Assembly: GCF_044704955.1 (NCBI RefSeq)
Contig: NW_027252090.1
Span: 248,001 to 312,000, forward strand
Direction: 5' to 3'
DNA: 64,000 bases
From: Pristiophorus japonicus
Taxonomy: Eukaryota
Part shown: piece after piece, positions 48,580-62,800 of the stretch
How the letters are laid out: each line of letters begins with the position of its first letter
How positions within the stretch are numbered: the first letter of the stretch is position 1
Program-made: the position numbers and the translations under genes
The notes under the pieces: generated by a model
Seen by the model: the letters and a program-made list of their open reading frames with translations, nothing else
Databases searched by the model: none
Told to the model about the DNA's origin: nothing

Positions 48580-50390
48580 TCGTCTTAGTTTTAAATGCCT
48601 GGCCCCTTATTCTAACATCATTCCCTCCAGTTCTAGTGTCCCCTATCGATGGAAACATCCTCTCTGCACCCAGCTTGTCAAGCCCCCTCATAATCTATTA
48701 GGTTTCGAGAGGATCACCTCTCATTCTTCTGAATTCCAAAGAGTAGAGGTCCAACCTCCTCAACCTTTCCCCATAATCAATCCCCTCATCTATGGAAGCA
48801 TCCTTGTGAACCTTCTCTGAACGTCCTCCAAAGCAAGTATATCATTTCGTAAATATGGGAACCAAAACTGCACGGAGTATTCCACGTGTGGCCTCACTAA
48901 AATCCTGGGCAACTGTAGCAAGACCTCCCTGCTTTTATACTCCATCCCCTTTGCAATAAAGGCCAAGATTCCATTGGCCTTATTGATCACTTGCTGTACC
49001 TGCATACTAACCTTTTGTGTTTCATGCACAAGTGCCCCCAGGTCCTGCTGTACTGCAGTACTTTGCAATCTTTCTCCATTTAAATAATAACTTGCTCTTT
49101 GATTTTTTTCTGTCAGAGTGCATAACCTCATATTTTACAACATTATACTCCTCTGACAAAGTTTTGCCCAATCACGTAGCCTGTCTATGTCCTTTTGCAG
49201 ATTTTATGTGTTCACCTCACACATTGCTTTTCCTCCCATCTTTGTACCATCGACAAACTTGATTATGTTACACTCAGTCCCTTTCTCCAAGTCGTTAATA
49301 TTGATTGTAAATAGTTGGGGAACTAGCACTGATTCCTGCGACACCCCACTGGTTAATGATTGACAACCCGAGAATGAACTATGTATCCCTACTCTCTGCT
49401 TTCTGTTCATAAGCCAATCCTCTATCCATGCTAATATATTACTCCCAACCCCGTGAACTTTTATCTTGTACAGTAACCTTTTATGTAGCACCTTGTCAAA
49501 TGCCTTGTGGAAGTCGAACTGCAACACATCAATGTGTTCCCCTTTATCCACCCTGTTCATTACATCCTCAAATAATTCTAGCAAATTTGTGAAACATGAC
49601 TTACCTTCATAAATCCATGCTGACTCTGCCTGACAGAATTTTGCTTTTCCAAAAGTTCTACTACTGCTTCTTTAATAATGAACTCCAACATTTTCCCAAC
49701 TACAGATGTTAGGCGAACTGTTCTATAATTCGTAGCTATTTGTCTGCCTCCTTTTTAAATTGGGGCGTTAAATTTGCAGTATTCCACTCTGCTGGGGCCT
49801 CTCCAGAATCAGGGGAATTTTGGTAAATTACAACCAATGCATCCACTATCCCTTTCGCAACTTCTCTTAAGATGCAAGGATGCAAGCCATCAGGTCCAGG
49901 GAATTTATCTGCCTTTAGTCTATTATCTTACTGTGCACCGCCTCCTTCGTGATTGTGATTGTGTTAAGTTCCTCGCCCCGCTACAGCCCATTGACGATCC
50001 ACTGTTGGAATATTTTTAGTGTCCTCTACCCTAAAGACTGATACAAAATATTTGTTCAGCGTTCTGCCATCTCCAAGTTCCCAATTCCTAATACGATAGT
50101 CTCGTCCTCGAAGGGACCAACATTTACTCCAGCCACTCTTTTACTTTTTATATACCTACAGAAAGTCTTGCGAGTTTACTTTCATACTCCATCTTCCCTT
50201 TCTAAATCATTTTTTTAGTCGTTCTTCGATGGCTTTTTAACGCTTCCAAATCTTCTGTCCTCCCATTAGACTTGGCCAGTTAGCGCTTCTTTTTAATTGA
50301 ATACCGTCCTTTATTTTCTTAGTTAGCCATGGATTGATATCCTTTCTCTTACACCCTTTCGTCCTCAACAGAAAATATTTTACTTGAGAG
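48580..50390 (-). mobile_element. Decayed CR1 LINE RT region
   Basis: Minus ORFs contain DFHKAFDKVLHKRLL, SGVSQESVLVPQLF and RPHVEYSVQFW. Confidence 0.88.
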
Positions 50391-50539
50391 ATCTTTGAGC
50401 GATGAGGGAATAAATGGTTATGGGGAGTGATCAGAGAAGTTGAGCTGAGTCCATGATCAGATCAGCCATGATCTTATTAAATGGTGGAGCAGGCTCAAGG
50501 GGCCAGGTGGCCTACTCCGAATCCTATTTCTTCTGTTGT

Positions 50540-52230
50540 TATCATTATATTACGCTAGGCACTGTCACTATTTACATCACACTCGACCCTGTCTCTGTTT
50601 ATATTACACGAGACCCTGTCTCATTTAACATTACACTAGACAATGTCTCTGTTTTATCACACTCGGCCCTGTCTCTTATTAAATTACAGTAGACCCTGTC
50701 TCTATTTACATTACACTAGACCCTGTCTCTGTTTATATTACACTAGATCCTGTCTCATTTAATATTACACTAGACGATGTCTCTGTTTATATTGCACTAG
50801 GCCCTGTCTATATATATATTACAGGAGACCATGTCTCTGTTTATATTGCACTCTGCTCTGTCTCTGTTTATATTACACTAGGCCCTGTCTCGATTTACAT
50901 TACACTAGACCCTGTCTCTGTTTATATTACACTAGACCCTGTCTCTGTTTATATTACACTGGACCCTGTCTCTCTTTATATTACACTTGACCGTGTCTCC
51001 GTTTATAAAACACTTGAACCTGTCTCTGTTTATAATACACTGGGCCCTGTTTCTGTTTTGATTACATGAGTCCATGTCTCTGTGTATGTAACTCTGGACC
51101 CTGTTTCTGTTTATATTAGACTGGACGATTTATCTGTTTATATTACACTAGACCCTGTCTCAGTTTATATTACACTAGACCTGCCTCTGTTTATATTACA
51201 CTAGATCGTGTCTCATTTAATGTTACACGAGACGATGTCTCTGTTTATATTGCACTCGGCCCTGTGTATATGACTATTGCACTAGGCCCTGTCTCTGTTT
51301 ATATAACACTAGGCCCTGTCTCTGTTTATATTACACTAGACCCTGTCTCTGTTTATATTACACTCGACCCTGTCCCTGTTTATATTACACGAGACTCTGT
51401 TTCTGTTTTTGTTACACGAGATCCTGTCTCTGTAAATGTTACACTAGACCTTGTCTCTGTTTATATTACAGGAGACCCTGTTCCTGTTTATATTACACTA
51501 ATCCCTGTCTCTGTTTATATTTTATAGACCCTGTCTCTGTTGATATTACACTAGACCCTGTCCCTGTTTATATTACACCAGACCCTGTATCTGTTTATAT
51601 TGCACTAGACCCTGTCCCTGTTTATATTACACTACACCCTGTCCCTGTTTATATCACAAATGACCCCGACCCTGTTTAAATTACGCTGGACCCGGTCTCT
51701 GTTTGTAATTCACTACACTCTGCCCCTATTGATATTACACCACACCCTGACCCTGTTTATATTACACTCGCCCCTGTCTCTTTTTAATTACAATGGACAC
51801 TTTCTCTGTTTGTATTACACTAGGCACTGTCTCTGTTTAGATTACAGTGCACCCTGTCTCTGTTTGTATTACACTAGGCCCTGTCCCTATTTATATTGCA
51901 CTGGACCTTGTCTCTGTTTATTTTACTCTACACCCTGTCTCTGTTTATATTACAAAAGATACTGTCCCTGTCTCTATTACACTCGACTCTGTCTCTGATT
52001 ATATACACTCGACAATGTCTCTGTTTATATTGCACGAGACCCTGTCTCCCTTTATGTTACACTGGGCCATGTATACATTGTACTTCACAAGACAATGTCT
52101 CTTTGTTGTCAAACGAGGCTCAGTATGTCTCACTTTTGCATCGGTCTCAGATAATTTCGTGATAAACTCCCACTCCAGGGACTATAACTCAATTTATTGT
52201 AAAACAGACCCTGCCTCAGTTATTTCTGGA
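50540..52230 (+). repeat. Largest 27-bp minisatellite array (~60 units)
   Basis: Continuous ccctgtctctgtttatattacactaga units with no spacers. Confidence 0.95.
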
Positions 52231-55200
52231 CTTCACCTTGCTTTTGTTCGATAGACAGAAGATATATAGATGGATCGAATATGTAAATAAAGATATATAT
52301 ATATGTGTGTGTGGGAGGATGCAATAATTTTTGATTAGAACATAGTTTTAGTTTCGTTAATAGCTATCAAGATTTGTGTGCAATGTCTCATTGATCTGGT
52401 ATTGTGTGGCAATATTTCTGTTGAGAAGATGGGGTGAATCTTGTAACATCTCCCAGAGATGGACTGGGATTGAGTGGCAGGACTGAAGGAGAGCCATTCA
52501 CTGCACCGTGCACTACTGAGTGGCAAGCTGCGTGTTAAAGATCACTCATTCACACTTGTGTTGTCCTGTGCCAATTTCTCCCAGTTCTTTAATGTAGAGG
52601 ATTGTGTTTCATGCAGTATTTTCTATTGAACTTTCACATGGCCCACTGATTGTGCCAGAGAGAGCCTGGAACTGGGACTTCACAGCACCGGCAGATGGGT
52701 GGCGGCAGGGTCCTAATGTCCGCCGGAACAAATGATCACATTAAGTTGACACGAACTGAAGTGAGCACACACAAAGTGTTTGCTATATGTGTATTTGTGT
52801 GTGTATGTGTGTGTGTGTAAGAGATTGTGTGTGTATATGTGTGTGTGTATGTGTGAATACGTTTGTGTCTGTGTCTGTGTGTATGTACAAAACACATCAT
52901 TAATAGTGCACAGCACAAAGAAAATGATTAGCTTCAACCATTATTTTTCAGCATTTTATTGTCTTCAACAGCTAATTGCAGATCGTTTAATCCTTTAATG
53001 TTTATTGCTAAAACATTGTCTTGTGTGCTCTTGTTTAGAAGGTGATGTCACACTTACCATTGCATTCCCAAGGTGGCCATGTCTGTCCGCAGTATTCAGT
53101 GGGAAAGGGGATTAAATCACACCGAGCATAGCCAGTCTCTGAGCTTTATTGTCCAGTGATCACCTCAGCATCACACAGAATCCCCTGATGTACACCTTGC
53201 GCGTGGGATTATTGGTGCAAGTGATGGTAAAAATGAAACTGCACCTGTACCTGGAATGAGATTAATAAATCTGTAATTATCTGACTTATTGTTTCTCTCA
53301 TTACACCGGGTCCGGTCACAGATTTTACTGCACTAGATACAGTCTCAGTTCATATGGTTGATGTGGTGGACTTCCAAAAGATGTTTGATGAAGTGCCTTG
53401 ATAATATCCTTGCCAGCATAGTTGAAGCCCACAGCATAAAGGGGATAGTGGCAGCATGGATATGAAATTGGCTGAATGACCGCAACCAGAGAGTAGTGGT
53501 GACCGGTTGTTTTTTTTGGACTGGAGGAAGGTATACAGCGGTGTTCTGCAGCGGTTGGTACTAGGAACACTGCTATTCTTGATTTATATTCATGACTTAC
53601 ATTTGGGTGTTGGGGAACAATTCAACATTTTCAGATGACACATAGCTTGGAGGTATAGTGAACAGTGTCATAGTGATGGCTTCAAGAGGACATAGATGTG
53701 TAGGTGGAATGGGTGGACACATGTCAAATGAAACGGAGAAAGGTGTGACGTGATACATTTTGGTAGGAAGAATGAGGAGAGGCAATATAAACTAAAGGGT
53801 AGATCTCAAAAGGGGGTGCATGAACACTGTGACCTGGGGGGATTTGTGCACAAATCATTGAAGATGGCAGGGCCGGCTGAGAAAGTGGTTAAAAATATTA
53901 TGGGATCCTGGGCTTCATAAATAGACGCACAAAATACAATCAAAAGGAAGATATGATGAACATTAAAAAACACTGGTTCAGCCTCAAGTGGATAATTGTG
54001 TCCAATTCTGGGAATCGCACTTTAGGAAGGATATGAAGGTCTTACAGAAGACTCAGAAAATATTTACAAATTTGATTCCACGGATAAGGTACTTCTGTTA
54101 CATGGATAGTCTGGCGAAGCTGGGGTTGTTCTCATTCGAGCAGGGAAAGATCAGATGAGATTTGAGAGAGTTGTTCAGAAAAACAAACAGCCTAGACAGA
54201 GTAGCTGGAGAGAAACTGTTCCCATTAGTGGCAGGGTGGAGAACAGAAGACACATATTTAAAGTATTAGCCGGAAGAACCAAAGGTGACATGAGGAAAAC
54301 TTTTTTAAGCAGCGAGTGGTTAGGATCTGGATTGCACGGCCTGCAAGGGTGGGGGAGTCAGAATCAATCATGAAGTTGCAAAGGGAATTGGATAAGTACC
54401 TGAAGGAAGAAAATGCACAGGTCTATGGGAAACGGCGGGGAAGTGGACTCGCTGAAATACTCTTGCAGAGAGCGGCACGGGCTATATGGGCCGAATGGCC
54501 CTCTTCTTTTCTGTAACCATTCTATGATTCTATAATACACCAAACCCACTCTCAGTTATTACTACACTAGACCCAACCTCAGTTTATATTACCCCATCCA
54601 CCACATTAAATATTCACTCCCTCCACCACCAGCGCACCATGTCTGCAGTTATTACTATCCACAAGATGCATTTCAGGAACTTGCCAAGACATCTTTGGCA
54701 ACACCCCACAAACCTGCGACCTCTTCCACCGAAAAGGACAAGGGCAGCTGGCTGAATGTAACACCATCACCTCCACGTATCCCTCCAAATCACAAACCAT
54801 CCTTACTTGGAAATGTATTACCGTTCCTTCATAGTCGCTGGGTCAAATTCGTGGTGCCCCCTCCCGAACACTGTTGCAGTCCCTTCACGGCATGGTCTGA
54901 AGCGGTTCAAGGCGACAGCTCACCACCTGCTACGAAAGGCCAATTAGTGATGGACAATCGATGTCGGCCTAGTCACCGACACCCACACCCACAAGCCAGG
55001 AACTAATAAAACAATGTCCCTGTATCAGTAATTACTGCACTGAGCCCTACCTCAGTTACAACTGCACATGAACTACTAATATTGTTCTAGGCCTGTCTCA
55101 GATATTACTGGAATGTGCCATACCTTTGTTTTTGTTACGCAAGACCCTTTCTCTGTTCATATTAAACTAGACAAGGACACTGTTTACATTACACTCACTC

Positions 55201-56865
55201 CATTCTTCTATATTACTTAACCTCTACCATGTCTCTGTTTGTGTGAGACTAGATCCTGTCACCGTTATAACTGCACTAGAACATGCCTCTGTTTATAATA
55301 AAGTAGACCAAGTCAGTGTTTATGTTACATTACACCCTGACTCAGTTATTATGCACTAGACCCTGTAACTCCCAGGGCATGTATGCATGTGTCAGAAACA
55401 GAGGAAAGTGCACACTGCACTGCTCCATCAAACACTCCCAGAGCAGGTACAGCATGTCTCAGGTAAAGAGTAATGCTCCCTCTGCACCGTCCCATCAAAC
55501 ACTTCCAGGGCAGGTACAGCACGTTGTAGATACAGAGTAAAACTCCATCTACATTGTTCCATTTAACATTCCCACATCCTTTAATGCACTGGTCATATTT
55601 TGGAATAAAGCTCCCTCTGCGCACTCCAATCAATTTGGTTCGAGGCATATCATTAGGGCTCAAGGACAACTTTTGTTAGATGTTGAAATCTGTTTGTGGG
55701 GGAATGTCAATGATCTATTCTTGAGAGATAAGATGGAAAGTGGAAATAGGAGAGGGAGAGTATACAGGACATCTCCACTGACACATTTAAGATGTCACTA
55801 TGTACTGTGACTAGAATCTTTCTCCATTCTGTCCATGGGTATCATCTATAATTTATTCTCCTATAATTTCGAGAAATGTACCAAAAAACAATTTTTGCTG
55901 GCATCCGTTGAGACATTGACCAGAGGAGTGTCCTACAATTGCACTGATGTGTGAGCTTTTCACATATCGCAAAGTATATTTTAAACCATTGACATTTAGA
56001 AACAAGTTACATTTATGCAGTACATTTCATGACCGCATGATGTTCCAAAGTGTTTTACAGCCAATGAATTACTTTGGAAGTGTGTTTCTTGTTGTAATGC
56101 AGGAAATGTGTCAGCCAATGTGCGCACAGCAAGATCCCACAAACAGCAATGATCAGATAAACTCTTCTTCAGATGTTAGTTGAAGTTTAAATATTTGCGC
56201 GGTGAACTCTGGAGATCTTCTCTGCTCTTCAAGGTGGTGCCTTGAATCCTTTAAATCCAACTGAGTGGGAAGATTGAACCTCAGCTTAATGTCTGCACCG
56301 AAAGATTCCCACTGGGTCCATACAAATGTCTCAGAGATTCCGCAAAGGAACATCTGGAAGTGCGCGAGGCAGAGGACTCGCCAATTCTGCTGACGATACG
56401 AAGGTTGGTGGCAAACCGAACTGTGAGGAGGACACGAAAAATCTGCAGACGGTTATAGACAGGCTAAATGAGATGGCAAACATCTGGCAGATGGAGTATA
56501 ATGTTGGATAACGTGAGATTGTCCACTTTGGCAGGAAAAATAGAAATGTAAATTAAGATTGCACTGGAGAAAGATTACAAAGTGCTGCAGTACAGAGGGA
56601 TCTGTGGGTCCTTGTGCATGAAACACAAACAGTTAATATGTCGATAGAGCAATTAGTCAGGAAGGCAAATGGAATGATGGCCTTTATTGTGAGGGCGATG
56701 GAGTATAAAACGAGAGAAAACCTGCTACAACTGTGCAGGGTATTCACGATGTAGATTCCGGAGATGAGGCTGGTTGACTTATGATGATCGTTTGAGTAAG
56801 TTGGGCTTATACACATTGGAGTTCAGAAGAGTGAAAGATGAACTTATATAATATATAAGATGATA
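50540..56865 (+). repeat. Composite tandem unit, copy 3 (internally deleted)
   Basis: CR1 piece 53360-54535 (= 29460-30610); anchor ggtcatattttgga 55591; CR1 insertion after ggactcgc near 56380. Confidence 0.82.
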
Positions 56866-59800
56866 GTGAGGACTTCAAGAGAACATAGACATGCGGTTTG
56901 AATGGGTGGACACATGGCAAAGAAACGGAGAAAGGTGTGACTTGAAGCATTGTGTTAGGAAGAATGAGGAGAGGCAACTTAAACTAAAGGGTACAATTCG
57001 AAAGGGGGTTCGTGAACACAGAGACCTGGGGCTACGTGTGCAAAAATCATTGAAGTTGGCAGGGCCGGCTGAGAAAGTGGTTAAAAAGATCATGTGATCC
57101 TGGGCTTCATAAAGAGATGCATAGAATACAACAGAAAGGAAGTTATGATGAACGTTTGTAAAACACTGGTTCATCCTCAACTGGAATATTGTATCCAACT
57201 CTAGGCACTGCACTTTAGGAACGATATGAAGGCATTAGAGAGGATTCTGAAAAAAATTACAAACACGGTTCCAGGGATAAGGTGCGTCGGTTACATGGAT
57301 AGTCTGGAGAAGCTGGGATTGTTCTCCTTAGAGCAGAGAAATTGAAATGAGAATTGATAGAGGTGTTCAGATTCATCAGCGGTCTCGATAGAGTAGCTGG
57401 AGAGAAACTGTTCCCATTGGCGAAAATGTCGAGTACAGAGGACACAGATTTAAGTTGATCAGAAGAAAAACCAAAGGCGACATGGGGAAAACATTTTTAC
57501 GCAGCGAGTGGTTAGGATCTGGAATGCATGGCCTGAAAGTGTGGTGGGGACAGATTCAACCTTTGCATTCCAATGGTAATTGGATAAGTGCATGAAGGAA
57601 GAAAATTCACAGGGCCACGTGAAAGGGCGGGTGAGTGGATTGGCTGAGATACTGTTGCAGAGAGCGTATTGGATTTTATGGGCTGAAAGGGCTCATTTTG
57701 TGCTGTCACCGTTCTACAATTCGATAATACACCAGAGTCTGTCTCAGTTATTACTATATTAGACCCTGCTCCAGTTTATATTGCCCCATCCACCACGTAA
57801 AATATTCACTCCCTCCACCACCGGTGCACCATGTCTGTGGGGATTACTATCCAAAAGATGCATTGCAGCAATTCGCCAAGACATCTTCGGCAGCAACTCC
57901 CAAACCTGCAACCTCTTCCACCTAGAAGGACAAGGGCATCAGGTTCATGGGAGCAACATCACCTCCACGTACGCCTCTAAATCACACACCATACTGACTT
58001 GGAAATTTTTCAGCATTCCTTCATAGTCGCTGGGTCAAATTCATGGCATCCTCTCCCTAACACTGTGGGAGTCCCTTTATCACACGGTCTGCAGCGGTTC
58101 TAGGTAGCAGCTCACCAACTGCTTCCCAAGGGCAATTCGGGAAAGACAGTCAATGTTGGTCTAGTCACCAAGACCCACACCCACATGTCAGGCACCAATA
58201 AAACAATGTCCCTGTAACAGTAAGTACTGCGCTGGGCCCTACAACAGTTAATACTGCACCAGAACTACTAATATTGTTGTCGGAGTTGTCTCAGATATTA
58301 CTGGAATATGCCATGCCTTTTTTCTATTACACAAGTCCCTGTCTCTGTTTATATTAAACTAGACAAGGACACTTTTTTATCTAGCCCCATTCTTTCATAT
58401 TACCAAATTAGACCTTGTCTCTGTTTATATTAAACTAGACCCTGCTTCAGTTGTTACTGCATTAAACCCTGCAACTCCCGGGGCAGGTACAGCATGTGTC
58501 AGATACAGAGTAAATCTCTCTCTCCACTGCCCCATCAAAGACCCAAGGGAGGTACAGTATGGGGTTGATTCATTGAAAAGCTACCTCTACATTGTCCCAT
58601 CAAACACTCTCAGATCATTTAATGCACAGGTCATATTTTGGATTAAAGCTCCCTCTGCGTACTCCAATCAATTTGGTTCGAGACATATCATTAGGGGTCA
58701 AGGAAAACTTTTGTTCGATGTTAACATCTACTTGTGGGGGAATGACAATTATCCATTCTTGAGAGACAAAAATGAAAGTGGAAATAGGAGAGGGAGAGGA
58801 TACAGGAATTCCCCACTGACACATTTGTGATGTCACTATATACGGTGACTAGAATCTTTCGCCATTCTGACCGTGGTTATCATCTTTACTTTATTCTCCT
58901 ATAACTTAGAGAAATATACCAAAACATTATTGTTGCTGGAATCTGTTGAGTCATTTGCATTTCTTTCTCTGTTTATTTCTCTGCTGTATTGGTGGGGAAA
59001 CATTTATTGTGTTTCTGTCGCTCAATACTCTAATCTGGGTGTTCTATTTCTGTGTTTATTTATATAAACGCCACACTCGTTCCCATGAAGTGTTCATGAC
59101 AGCAAAATCAGATCAACAGAGGCAATTATTGATTCGTTTCAACTCACAACAAGATTTATTTTAAGAATATTGACAGTTGGAAGAACATTAATGGAAATAT
59201 CTCGAAAAGTGACTTTGGCTTAACTTTTATTCAATTAGAACAGATGTGATTTATATCAAAGGGAACAAATATTAAAATTAAAAATTCAGTTCTGAAAGCT
59301 CTGTTGCCGAACAGGCTGCTATTCCACTGGAACTACCGTTCGTGGAAGATTTAAGCCATTGAAACTAAACAAGTTAAACCAGTGACCAGAGGAGTGTCCT
59401 ACAATTGCATTGATGTGTGAGCTTTTCACATATCGCAACTTTTATTTTCAAATGTTGACATTTAGAAACATCTTGCATGTATATAGCACCTTTCATGATA
59501 TCATGATGTCCCAAAGTGTTTTACATACAATGAATTACTTTGGAAGTGTGATCACTGATGAAATGTCGGAAATGTGACAGCCAAATTGCACACAGCACGA
59601 TCCCACATACAGCAATGAAATAATGATCAGATAATTTGTTTTTCAGATGTTGGTTGAGGGATAAATATTTGCCTTAGAAACCCTGGAGAACTCCTCTGCT
59701 CTTTAAGATAGTGTCATGAGACCTTCAAATCCAACTGAGTGGGAAGATGGGACCTCAGTTTCATGTCTGCCATGAAAGACGTCACCTCTGACCGTGCAGC

Positions 59801-62800
59801 ACTCCCTCAGTACTGGCATCGGGCGTGATGGCATAGATTATCGGTTCGGTTCTCTGGATTGGGGTTTAGTATCTGTGACCTGTGTCAGAGAATAGAGCGA
59901 TCCCACTGAGCCGAGGCTTGAACATATCACAACTTGTATTTTAAAATGTCGCCATTCAGCTCATCGTGTCTGAAGTTCAGGGACTGAGCCCAGTCTTGCA
60001 CCGATCTGTTAAATTATCAGGGGCGAGTTCTCTTCTCTTGCATGGGATGTCATTCCCACGCTGGGATTTCCACCGCGTCCATATAAAAGTGTCAGTGATT
60101 CCGCAAGGAACCTCTGGAAGTGTCTCAGGCAGCAGGACTCACGGAACTTGAGTTTTACACTGTGTGAGCTGCACCATCAGATCAGCTACAAGCTGGGACT
60201 GTTCTCCTTAGAGCCCAGCAGGTTATGGGCCACTGAATCGAGATGTTCAAAATCATGAGGAGATTTGATCGGGTAAATTGGGAGAAAATTCATCGCCATC
60301 TCCTACCATCTCTACGTCCCTCCACCCGTCTTTCCTTCCCTCCCTTCCTTCATTCCTCCCTCCAATCCTGCTGACCTCCATACATCAATCTCACCCTCCA
60401 TCAATCGCTTCCCCTTGCACCATCCCTCCCTCTCTCCGTCCAGTCCTCCACCCCTCCATCACTCCACCCCTCCCTTGCTCTACTCCTCCCTCCCTCCATC
60501 CCTCCCTCAGCCCAACTGGTTCTTATTTTTTCCTATCATCGTTGAGGATTCCTCAGCTGGAGTTTTCTGAATCCAATTCCTTCACCGGAATTTCATATAT
60601 ATTAACAAATAAGAGAGAGAGAGCGAGGATAAATATCTAAAAACACTGACAGAAATAAAATTGTGATCATTGCTGAGAGGGAGTTGGCTGGGGAACTGGC
60701 ACTGGGAAGAAATACTAGTTGGAGCACTCAGGGTATTTTTCATTTTTAAAATAAAACAAATAAGGGGACTAGTTTAAAAACTTGTTTTAAGACATCGTCG
60801 ACATTCAGATGCTCTTTTTTCCTCCCCCTTCTCGCTGTTGAGGACGGGCCAGTGCCCGGCTGGAGCTCGCGGCCATTGAGTGTACTGGATGGTAAGACTC
60901 ATGCTCTCGCTATGCGGACAGACTTGAAGAAGCTGGGGCTGTTCTCCTTACAGCAGATAAGGGTGAGGGGAGATTTACCAGATTGGTACCAGGGATGAAT
61001 GACTAGAAACACTAGTTCGGCCCCAGCTGGAGTATTGTGTCCAAATCTGGGCACTACACTTACATTAAAACTTACGAAAGGCTGAATAAGAGATTTACTG
61101 CAAATGCGACAGGGATGTGAGATTCAAATTATGTGGAGTGACTGGAGAAGCTGTGGCTGTTCTGCTCAGAGCAGAGAAGGTTAAGAGGAGATTTAGTAGA
61201 TTAATACCGGGCAGCGGAAGGAACATTCATCAAATAAGTCGCAACCACCCTTTCCTTCAACGACTCTCTTTCCCACCTGTGACATTGACAGTAATTCCTG
61301 TATTCCTGTTCAGTCACCTATGAACTCACTTTTCGAGTAGAAGCAGGTCTTCTTCGATTTCCAGCGACTACCTATGCCTATGATGATGAACAAGCATGAG
61401 GGACTTCACTTAATGTGGAGAGACTGGAGAAGATTGGATTGTTCTACTTGGAGGATAGAAGGTTAAGGACATGTTTAAATGAATAGTACCAAAAATGAGG
61501 GACTGCAGTTATTATGGAGAGACTGGAGAAGATAGGATTCTCTTCCTCAGAAGAGAGAAGACCAAGAGGAGATTTGATAGAAGTGTTTAAAATCATCAAG
61601 GGTTTAGATAGAGTAATTAAATAGAAACTGTTTCAGATGTAAGGTGATTGACAAAAGAACCAGCGGTGATATGTGGACGAACTTCTCTATGGAACCACTG
61701 GTTAGGACTTGGAGAGTACGGCCTGATCGGCTGCTAGATATAGATTCAAGAGTAGCCTTCCAAAGGAAATTGTATAAATCCTGAAGGAGACCAAAATGCA
61801 GGGATATCGCTAAAAATCGGGGGAGTGGGACTAACTGGATTGCTCTTCGAATCTGCTGGCTTGGACCCTTTGGGCTGAAATGTCACCTTCTGTGCTGCAC
61901 GAATCTATGAATGACCGTAACATGGAAGAATTTCAAATTCAGTTGGCGGCTGAGAGAATTCGTCCCCAAACTAGTGGCTAAAGCTTAAATACAGGGGCTG
62001 TAAAAGTATGAAGGCAGAGTTGGCTAAAGTGGACTGGGAATATAGATAAAAGAAGGGACGGTTGATGAGCAGTGGCAGACATTTAAGTAGATATTTCATA
62101 AATCTCATTAAAAATATATTGCGATGAGGAGGCAAAACGATAAGAAAAGCTATAACCATCCATGGCTAACTGAGGAAATAAGGGATGGTATCAAATTGAA
62201 AACAAATGCGTACAATCTTGCCAAGACTAGTGGGAGGCCAGAGGATTGGGAAACTTTTAAAAGCCAGCAAAAAACAACTAAACAGATGATGAAGAGAAGA
62301 AAGATTGATTATGAAAGTAAACTAGCACGAAATATTAAAAACAGATAGTAAGAATTTCTACAGCTCCATAAAAAGGAAAAGAATGGCTAAAGTAAATGTT
62401 GGTACCCTGGAGGATGAGACTGGGGAAATAATAATGGAGAACAGGGAAATGGCAGAGAAGTTAAACAAATATTAGGATCAATCCTCACCGTAGAAGACAC
62501 TGAAAACATCCCAATAGTGGATAATCAAGTAGCTATATAGAGGGAGGAACTTATTACAATCACTGTCAGTAACGAAGTAGTACTCAGTATAATAATGGGA
62601 CGAAAGGCGGACAAGTCCCCTGTCCTGATGGCTTACATCGGAGGGTCTTAAAGAAGTGGTTGCAGAGATAGTGGATGCATTGGTTGTAATTTACCAACAT
62701 TTCCTGGAATAGAAGCATAGGAATATAGAAACATAGAAAATAGGTGCAGGAGTAGGTCATTCGGTCCTTCGAGCCGACACCACCATTCAATAGGATTATG

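Noticed and set aside
50540-52230. PVSVYITLD-repeat ORFs, or a CRISPR-like array
   Set aside because: The 27-bp unit is 9 codons, so open frames are automatic; units are contiguous with no unique spacers; eukaryotic context.
52688-52705. Second CTCF-like motif (ccggcagatgggtg)
   Set aside because: Mismatch in the conserved GGC core and no U module.
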